Assembly (NCBI GenBank): GCA_977017645.1 | Contig: OZ360247.1 | Location: 32,736,001 to 32,800,000, forward strand | Origin: Torpedo marmorata | Taxonomy: Eukaryota | Length of the DNA: 64,000 nt | Direction: 5' to 3' | Part shown: in pieces, positions 55,406 through 64,000 of the stretch | Layout of the letters: each line of letters begins with the position of its first letter | How positions within the stretch are numbered: the first letter of the stretch is position 1 | Notes under the pieces: generated by a model | Seen by the model: the letters and a program-made list of their open reading frames with translations, nothing else | Database searches by the model: none | What the model was told of the DNA's origin: nothing | Position numbers and translations under genes: made by a program

Positions 55406-58089
55406 CATTTTAAATAGAATGCAGCGTGCAATTTGTAAAATGGTTGTTGCGTAAGTGTGGGTTTCTCTAGATAAGTTATCAAATGTCCCTGACCTTATTC
55501 TCCATCATTCACACGTGAGAAATATAGATCTGAATAATATCAAGAAAGGCGACTTGCCCAAATAAAGTTAACTCCTGCTGTTAAAAAAAGTACTTTCAGA
55601 GATATTGGCGCCAACAAGATCAGTTTATAAGATTAATGGCCCATTAAACTCAGCCTGTGAGGCGGACAATTCTTGATCTTCCTCGCCTCTCGGGAGCTTC
55701 CACTTTTGACAGTAACATTTATGTTTCACTTTTGAACTAGTTATTACGTGTTGCAGTATTGTGTAGAAAAAAAAATGCCTCCAGTTCTGAAAACGAAACG
55801 GAGAAGCAGCTTGTCCCTTTTAGAAATAAACGAATGCTAACTTCGAAAATTTAAAGTTAGGATCGACCACCCATTGATTTGGCGAAGTCCAGGAGGGTGG
55901 AAACCAAAGATTTTACGGTTCAAACATCAGCGACTTGCAGAGAGTTTCCGTGCGCGACAGCAGTTCTCTCCGCTCATGTTGCGAGTGCATGGGATTCCGG
56001 TCATATCTCCGAGGTCCCCGTGACTCGCGAAGACAGCCCACTGGAGTTAAGGTTATAAGAAGCGCAAAGCTGCAGAACCGTTTCGTACCATTTCTACAGT
56101 CCTCCGTCTTTAATTCGGCGTTCATTTTTCCTTTGCCAGAACTTAGTGACCACAGGGAAGGAATTCTGCGAGATGTCTTCGCCTGGATTAAATGAAAATT
56201 GTTTAGATTTTATTTCAATTCGGACTGTTTAAGAGACGCTCGAGTCGCTTTGTTCAACAGCACCATCGTGCTAACTTGCAGGATTTATTTTTGTGACGGG
56301 TTTCTTTTTCCGTTTTATACTTGCAATCCAACCTTGCTGTACTTTTAAAATTGTATCGGAAGTGCGCTTTCAAGTTAAATTTCGTGGCAATGAAAACGGG
56401 AAGAAAAACATCGAGTTACATTTTTGATAGAATCTTTCTTACAAATGTCGTGTTCAAATCGCAGATTAGATCTTAGAGCGAGTGCTTTGTTTTACCTGAT
56501 ATATTTGTGTTTTACTTTATTGCTTAGATCGAGACATAGTCGAGGTTTTTAAGCTATCACATATTTTAAGAGTTAATAGGTAAATTAGAAGGTACCGAAA
56601 AGCAATTCGAGATATTTTGCTGCATTTCTAAATTGTTTGACATGTTTTAACTTGTACTCACAACGGTTTTGTTTGGCAGTTTTATCCACTGTGGGCGATT
56701 AAAAGATCTGAATTTCATTGAAATAGAAAAAAAAAAGCAGATCTGTACATACAATTGAACATAAGATTTTGTGTTTGTGCGTTTAAAAAAAAAACCCAGA
56801 CCAGTTATTAAGACGGAAACGCCAGAATCGGTTATTATCACAGTTTGGGAGACCAAATTCCAGGCAACCAAGTACCTCGAATTTGAAGTTCTGTTGACAG
56901 CGAAATTGTCAACATTATTGAAAACCGAGAGCAACTTGTGGAATTCTCATACCCATAGTTAAACGTGAAATTCCAAATGTTTCTATCGAGGTTACGGCGA
57001 ATCAGATTGGGATTGTCTGCTGCATTCTTCCTGGTTGCAATAAAATGTATGGCAATGAATTGTTATTATGGCAAAGACACTGGAAATGTTGAATCTTGTT
57101 GAACGAGATGCATTTGGCTGTACGATCTCCTTGGCTCTGAAAACGCTTAATATTGTAAGTTTCGTCATTGTTGTTTCATCGTTAAAATTTTATCATAAAT
57201 TTAATTTAAACTTGTATTTCAATATTTTTTTCCGTAGAAGGGTTAAAATGTTAATTACACTCAGTCTATTATATTCCGGTTTACTTACTGAGATAAATTC
57301 ACCTGAATTTCGGTGAGGATTGCTTGATGATCTGGATGTCGAAGAATCCAATGAAATTGCCAAACTAAAAGATCAGCACAGACTAGAAGGGCCGAAGGGC
57401 CCGTTTCTGTGCTGTTCTATGGTTCATGCCAGACCTAGAGGGAAACCAAAGTCGGGGAGCTCAACAATTGTTTGCAGCTTTCTCTTGAGGTTGAAAACAA
57501 TCTCTTTGCTCCTGAATGTAAAATCCAGGTTGCACAAAATACAGAGCAAGTGGTAACATTCTGTTTTCGTAATCGTTCCGTGATCTTGCTTTTCGACAAC
57601 TTGACACTTTGAAGGCACCCTATAAATATTAGTTGCGTTTGTGCTTTAATGCTGCATCGGCTTGTTTTTTGAGCTAAGCAATAATCTTGAAATCCGGTGT
57701 TGGCATAACAGGGATTTAAAAACGTGTTTAATTGTACGAATTGAAATCAAATAGCAGGACCTGCATGGAGTGGAAAGTTGGTTTAAAATAACCCCAAACC
57801 ACTTAACGGGAAGTGTGTGATTACCAGAGTAAAACACGAATGTCTGCAGACACCGTGGTTGAAGTAAAAACACAATGCTGGAGAAACTCAGCAGGTCAAA
57901 CGGTGTATAGAATAAAGATACATAACCACCTTTTCGGGCTTGAGCCCTTCATCAAGGTATAAGCAAAATGTAGGCAGGTGCCTTCGATTCGGCGATGGAG
58001 CGATTCGGGCACCTGCCTACATTTTGCTTATTCTGTACCTTGATGAAGGACTCAAGCGCGAAACGTTGGTTATGCATCTTTGCTCTATA

Positions 58090-58691
58090 CCGGGGTGGCC
58101 ATACCTGCTTAACGTAAGATACGATAAACCAGATGTTTGAGAGCCGCAAGGCATGAAAAAAAATGATATACACGTTTTTACTCTTACATGCCTATTTTGT
58201 TACAAAAATGTATATAAATATTAAGAAATAGATGTACATAATAATTATTTGTGTATGTGGTTTTTAAACTGATTTGTATTGGTTTCAATAATAAAGTACA
58301 CATACCGTATATACGCATGTAATAGTCGAATTTTGTGGGCCAATTTTTTAGGGTTACAATTTAAGAGGTCGACTATTACACACACTACTTTTGACAGCAG
58401 TAAGTACCTGCGTCATTCGAAGAGCTCGGATGGGCGGGCGGCTGGAGCCCAGGGGAGAGTCTGCGGTTGGGGGCGCAGGAGCTCGGATGGGAGGGCGGCC
58501 AGGGCCTCGGTGAGAGTCCACGGTCGGGGTGTCGGGAGTTCAATGGGCAGGCGGCCGGGGCTGAGGTGAGAGTCTGCGGTCGGGGCGCAGGGGTTCGGAT
58601 GGGAGGGCGGCTTGTACAATTCCTGTCTGAGCCAAACTATTTCCGTGAGCCGCATATGTTGGCTGTCAGAGCTGCAGTTTGGCCACCCCTG
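58090..58691. mobile_element. hAT-like MITE with GC-rich internal repeats
   Basis: ccggggtggccatac ... gtttggccacccctg TIRs with subterminal gagccgca; TSD only partial. Confidence 0.65.
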
Positions 58692-58700
58692 CTCTCACAA

Positions 58701-58852
58701 CAGTCGTTCTCAACGATTTTATCCATAGAATCAAAACTTATTGTCATGAAATTCGGTGTTCACGACAATAAATTCATGTGCTCTGTGGTTATTAAGGGAT
58801 GACTTAAGGTGGTACCGTGAGTGGGGGGGAATAAAAAGGTTGAGAACCACTG
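58701..58852. mobile_element. hAT MITE (776-934 family), chimeric left half
   Basis: cagtcgttctcaac ... gtgctctgtggtta..ggttgagaaccactg. Confidence 0.7.
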
Positions 58853-59139
58853 GACTATAAAGTGCACTGCTGAGTTTCTCCAGCATTGTTTTTACTGTGA
58901 TCACCAGTTTGAGTCTGAGCTTTTTTCTCTGCTGAACCTGGCATCTCACAACAAGGTTGTGAATTCCAGATGTTGGCATCTGGAGCGACTCAGCGGGTCG
59001 AGCAGCATCTGTGGAGGGGAAGCGCTGATCCACATCTGCAACCACACACCCTGACCCGCTAAGTTCCTCCAGCAGGTTGCATTTTTGCTCATATTCACGA
59101 ATGTTTTTAAAAATTTTGTTCCGAATTAATTTGCACAGT

Positions 59140-60000
59140 CCAGACCGTCTCCACCCGCCGGCGGCTCTTGCTGCAGCCAGCGGCCGCTTCCCGCAGCCAC
59201 GCGGCGAGAATCGGCACGCCGGCAACCGTGATTGGCTCATTTCGATGGGTGAACAACGTCACGCGAGGCCGTGTGCACTGTGATTGGCGCAGGGAGGAGG
59301 ACACTGTGATTGGGCGGCGACTCCACCGTCTGATCTGTGATTGAAGCAAAGAAACAGGCAGACGCCGCTGGAAATGATTGGCTGCTTGCGGGGTCGATAG
59401 TCGGGTGCTGATTGGACGGTTGAGCTATTTTCCCGGCAGTGATTGGCTGCGAGCGGGGTCAATAGTCGGGTGATGATTGGTCAGTTGCGGTGTTTACGGG
59501 CAGTGATTGGCTGCGAGCGGGGTCAATAGTCGGGTGATGATTGGTCGGTTGAGGTGTTTACGGGCAGTGACTGGCTGCGAGCGGGGTCAATAGTCGGGTG
59601 ATGATTGGTCGGTTGAGGTGTTTACGGGCAGTGACTGGCTGCGAGCGGGGTCAATAGCCGGGTGATGATTGGTCGGTTGCGGTGGTTACGGGCAGTGATT
59701 GGCTGTGCGGCTTGGGGTGGGAGGAGGGTTCTGACGTGAGCGCCCGTTCTTCCGCCGACGGGGCGGCGAGAGGGAGCACGATGATGAGGGTCGTGCGGTG
59801 GGAACCCGGACGGGTTCCGTCGCCGCGCTAAAACCGGAGGCGGCAATTGCTGGTGTCGGCGACGTGGCCTTGACCGCCTGTCGCCTTCACAGTCCGTGCG
59901 GACGGGGAGCCGCGGCCTGCGGTGTTAACGTCCCCTCTCCTGGACCTCGCTGAGGAATCCACACCGGGGGAAACCCAGGCAGAAACTAACGTCCTCAGCA
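59140..60000. promoter_or_regulatory. CpG island / probable promoter of an unidentified neighbouring gene
   Basis: Dense CpG, 12 ATTGG boxes, CRE-like tgacgtga 59732-59739, GC-rich 5' UTR-like sequence after it. Confidence 0.65.
59372..59706 (+). repeat. 64-bp tandem repeat (~5 units), two inverted CCAAT-type boxes per unit
   Basis: ga(t/c)tggctg recurs at 59376, 59441, 59505, 59569, 59633, 59697. Confidence 0.92.
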
Positions 60001-60074
60001 TTAGACAGAGCCGCTAAATATAATCGGAACAATAGATTACGGTAAAAAAAAAATTAAATCTGACCATTAAATAG

Positions 60075-61720
60075 GAGTAAAAGTCTGCAGACACCGTGAT
60101 TGGAGTGAAAACACAATGCTGGAGAAAACCACACAGTAAATGCTGGAGGAACTCAGCCGGTCTCGCAGCGTCCACAGGAGGTAAAGATATATTACCGATG
60201 TTTTGGGCCTGAGCCCTTCTTCAAGGTTTTGGCAAAGAACAGGAAGGTGTCAGAATAAAGACTGAAGTATGGCAGGGGGAGGAGTCCAGGTCAATAGCCA
60301 AAAGGTGTTAATTGGATATGATAAGAGGAAAGGTGAGAATTGGTTTTGCGTCTGTNNNNNNNNNNNNNNNNNNNNNNNNNNNNNNNNNNNNNNNNNNNNN
60401 NNNNNNNNNNNNNNNNNNNNNNNNNNNNNNNNNNNNNNNNNNNNNNNNNNNNNNNNNNNNNNNNNNNNNNNNNNNNNNNNNNNNNNNNNNNNNNNNNNNN
60501 NNNNNNNNNNNNNNNNNNNNNNNNNNNNNNNNNNNNNNNNNNNNNNNNNNNNNNNNNNNNNNNNNNNNNNNNNNNNNNNNNNNNNNNNNNNNNNNNNNNN
60601 NNNNNNNNNNNNNNNNNNNNNNNNNNNNNNNNNNNNNNNNNNNNNNNNNNNNNNNNNNNNNNNNNNNNNNNNNNNNNNNNNNNNNNNNNNNNNNNNNNNN
60701 NNNNNNNNNNNNNNNNNNNNNNNNNNNNNNNNNNNNNNNNNNNNNNNNNNNNNNNNNNNNNNNNNNNNNNNNNNNNNNNNNNNNNNNNNNNNNNNNNNNN
60801 NNNNNNNNNNNNNNNNNNNNNNNNNNNNNNNNNNNNNNNNNNNNNNNNNNNNNNNNNNNNNNNNNNNNNNNNNNNNNNNNNNNNNNNNNNNNNNNNNNNN
60901 NNNNNNNNNNNNNNNNNNNNNNNNNNNNNNNNNNNNNNNNNNNNNNNNNNNNNNNNNNNNNNNNNNNNNNNNNNNNNNNNNNNNNNNNNNNNNNNNNNNN
61001 NNNNNNNNNNNNNNNNNNNNNNNNNNNNNNNNNNNNNNNNNNNNNNNNNNNNNNNNNNNNNNNNNNNNNNNNNNNNNNNNNNNNNNNNNNNNNNNNNNNN
61101 NNNNNNNNNNNNNNNNNNNNNNNNNNNNNNNNNNNNNNNNNNNNNNNNNNNNNNNNNNNNNNNNNNNNNNNNNNNNNNNNNNNNNNNNNNNNNNNNNNNN
61201 NNNNNNNNNNNNNNNNNNNNNNNNNNNNNNNNNNNNNNNNNNNNNNNNNNNNNNNNNNNNNNNNNNNNNNNNNNNNNNNNNNNNNNNNNNNNNNNNNNNN
61301 NNNNNNNNNNNNNNNNNNNNNNNNNNNNNNNNNNNNNNNGGACAGTTCTGTGAAAGGCTCCCTCTCTCTCCCCTCTGTCTCCTTTCACAGAGCCAAAATC
61401 AATTCTCACCTTTCCTCTAATCATATCCAATGAACACCTTTTGTTGGTCTGGACTCCTCCCCCCGCCAGTCTTCAGACTTTATTCTGACTCCTTCCTGTT
61501 CTCTGCTTCTACCTTGAAGAAGGGCTCGGACCCGAAACGTCGGTAATATATCTTTACCTCCTGTGGACGTTGCGAGACCAGCTGAGTTCCTCCAGCACCT
61601 TTGTATGTGTTTACTACAATCACAGCGTCTGCAGACATTTGTGTTTCACTCCAAGATGCTGGATATAGCAAAGATAAAGATACATAACCAATGTTTCGGG
61701 CTTGAGCCCTTCGTCAAAGT
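60075..61720. mobile_element. Inverted Penelope-like pseudo-LTR arms flanking the gap
   Basis: 60140-60355 is an imperfect reverse complement of ~61385-61600; hammerhead-like ttgaagaagggctcggacccgaaac at ~61513. Confidence 0.78.
60356..61339. other. Assembly gap (N run)
   Basis: 984 consecutive N. Confidence 0.99.
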
Positions 61721-61959
61721 TACTGATCATTAAATAGTTTACTCTATTTAATTTTTCTTGCACCATGGTGACTGAATATGTTTTCTCTGTATTTGTGATC
61801 ATGTAATTTAGTGCATGCTGTTTTTGAAGAAGTACCTGTTGGGCTGCAGCAAGTAAGAATGTTGGTGCATATGTACATTGTACAATGCATATTATTATCT
61901 ATCAAAATCTGCTGGAAAAATAAGCAAGTTGCTGGAACAACTCAGGCAGGCCAGAAACA

Positions 61960-62210
61960 TCAGTGGAGGGCAAATTTTGCGCACCCTCTTCAGGCAACAA
62001 TCCCAGTAGATCACATTGATGATGGGAGAGGGAGACTCCAGTGATCCCCTCTGCCACTCTTATGGTCCTGTGGATTGAATTCCGATCCATTTCTCTGCAG
62101 CAACCGTACCACACTGTGATGCAGCCGGCCAGGACGCTCTCGATAGAGCTTCTATAGAAGGTTGACATGATGGTCGCTGGTAGCCTTGCCGCTTCAGTCT
62201 TCGCAGTTTG
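61960..62210 (-). mobile_element. Rex1/Babar-like LINE fragment
   Basis: TFYRSSIESVLAGCITVWYGCC..IRVAEGITG. Confidence 0.8.
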
Positions 62211-62447
62211 AGGCATTTGTAATCCTTTTTTTGTGTCATTTACCCAAAGAATTGTAGTAAAGTGCTTCACGTCTCTTGAGTGTAATTCATGATATTACAG
62301 AAGGGTTGGTTCTCGGCACCTGAGAGTTTAGTCAATTCAGCTCATTTTCACATGATTTTATGAAGGAGAAGGAGCAAAGTAGGGCTCCCTATGAAAGCAG
62401 ATTTAGTTTTCAAATCAAACTATAACGGCAGAAGTTTTGAAATTGGA

Positions 62448-63045
62448 TTCATAAGAACATAAGAAATAGGAGTAGGCCATCCAGCCCGTTGAGCCTGCTC
62501 TGCTATTCAATGAGATCATGGCTGATCTGATGATAGGCTCATCTCCACTTAACCTGCCATATCCCTTAATTCCCTTACTATATAGCAATCTATCTAACCT
62601 TGTCTTAAATATTTACTGAGATCGCCTCCACTACTTCAATGGGCAGCGAATTCCACAGATTCACCATTCTCTGGGAAAAGCAGTTCCTCACCTCTGTCCT
62701 AAATTTACTACCCTGAATCTTGAGGCAATGTTCCCTAGTTCGGATCTTCCCTACCAATGTAAACAACTTACCTACCTCTATCTTATCTACGCCTTTCATA
62801 ATTTTATACGTTTCTATAAGATCCCATCTCATTCTTCTAAATTCCAGCGAGTGCAGTCCCATATGACTCAATCTCTCCTCATAGGTTAACCCCTTCATCC
62901 CTGGAATCAACCTGGTGAACCTCCTCTGCACCGCCTCCCAAGCCAGTACATCTTTCCTCAACTAAGGAGACCAGAACTGCACGCAGTACTCCAGATGCGG
63001 TCTCTCCAGTATCTTGTACAGTTGCAACATAACCTCCCTGCTCTT
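62448..63045 (-). mobile_element. CR1-type LINE 3' fragment
   Basis: [42 protein letters not shown]; cataagaacataag tail. Confidence 0.9.
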
Positions 63046-63149
63046 AATCATTTAGTGAAACAAAGGGATTGAATTTAACTGCAAAATCCAGGATAACAAA
63101 CAAATCAATTAAAATATATGTTTTTAAAAACATGCAAACTGTTGGCTGA

Positions 63150-63925
63150 AATCTGTCCTGGGCACATCCTCCTCATGAATGCAACAAGTACAGGGTTCCC
63201 TTCGTCCTCACCTACCACCCCACCAGCCTCTGCAAACAATGTATCATTCTCTACAATTTCCACCAACAACATTGGGATCTCATCACCAGCCACATCTTCC
63301 CCTCCACTTTACATTGAGATCGCTCCCTCCGTGACTCCCTTATCTCTTCCCACCAGTCACCCTCCTGGTACCTAGCCCTGTGAATCCAAGAAGTGCCACA
63401 CTTGCACTCGCACCTCCTCCCTCACACTATTTGGGGTCCAAATAGTACTTCCAAGCGAAGCAACGCTACACCTGCGAATTTGTATTTACAGCATCCAGTG
63501 CTCCCGATGTGGCCACGTCTACATTGGGGAGACTGATCCCAGAGTGAGGATTGTTTCATTGAGCAGCTTTGCTCTGTTCGCTTCAATAGAAAGAACCTCC
63601 CAGTGCCCAATCACTTCAATTCCAAACCCCATTGCCATATTGAAATGTCTGTCCATGGCCTCGCATGCTGTCAAATTGAGGCCACTGTAAATTGGAGGAA
63701 CAGCACCTTGTATTCCGTCCCGGCAATCACCAACCAGACAACATCAATATCATCTATTTCCATTAACCCCTCCTTCCCCAATCACTCTCTTTCCCTCATC
63801 CTTGCTGTCTCCCTTTCTCCAGCTCCCCAGCCCCTTCTCTTCCAACTCCTAACAAAGCTATTATTCTCAGCTTTCTTCCCCTATCACTTCTCAGCTTTCT
63901 TTTCCCCCTCCCACCTATTATTAAC
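63150..63925 (+). mobile_element. Penelope-like element ORF 3' remnant (GIY-YIG endonuclease) plus pseudo-LTR start
   Basis: Frameshifted VPFVLTYHPTSL, PGT*PCESKKCHTC, IYSIQCSRCGHVYIGET, PVPNHFNS, then a pyrimidine-rich stretch. Confidence 0.85.
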
Positions 63926-64000
63926 TGTTAGTCAAGTCAAGTTTATTGTCATCTGATTGTACAAGTACAACCCAAGGAAACAGCGTTCTCTGGTCCTCGG

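Larger units (their letters stand above)
57830..58900. mobile_element. Fold-back Penelope-like pseudo-LTR pair with nested DNA-transposon MITEs
   Basis: Inverted arms around ~57990 (aagcaaaatgtaggcaggtgcc / ggcacctgcctacattttgctt); right arm interrupted at ~58090 and resuming ~58866 (ctgctgagtttctccagcatt). Confidence 0.78.

Noticed and set aside
59372-59706. Regularly spaced repeats resembling a CRISPR array
   Set aside because: Whole units repeat with no unique spacers, no cas genes, vertebrate DNA
60269-61433. Four long ORFs (337-383 aa) in the ORF track
   Set aside because: Artefacts of translating through the N gap

Overview
Vertebrate genomic DNA, most likely an elasmobranch (inferred from the HE1/V-SINE, CR1, Rex1/Babar and Penelope repeat landscape). 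The window holds a complete + strand COL1A1 gene (pro-alpha1(I) collagen), ATG 16248 to TAA 50052. I traced 53 coding exons by hand, all GT-AG and in frame: 4389 nt, 1462 aa, with an uninterrupted 1014-residue Gly-X-Y helix. Also visible are the promoter, two uORFs, the LARP6-type 5' stem-loop, miR-29/let-7 seed sites and two polyA signals. Flanks and introns are filled with CR1, Rex1-like and L1-like LINE fragments, V-SINEs, a decayed Gypsy LTR element, hAT/Tigger/piggyBac MITEs and Penelope-like pseudo-LTRs carrying minimal hammerhead-ribozyme motifs. A CpG island at ~59.1-60.0 kb contains a 64-bp tandem array of CCAAT boxes, and an N-gap lies at 60356-61339. I found no entirely new protein-coding system. 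The best leads are the hammerhead-bearing fold-back Penelope inserts, a composite two-MITE transposon with cargo, the CCAAT array, an L1 insert at a collagen splice acceptor, and coordinated changes in integrin motifs. Exon numbers follow the human 52-exon convention. Exon coordinates were read base by base; repeat boundaries are approximate unless a TSD or TIR is quoted. Comparisons to human sequences are from memory.
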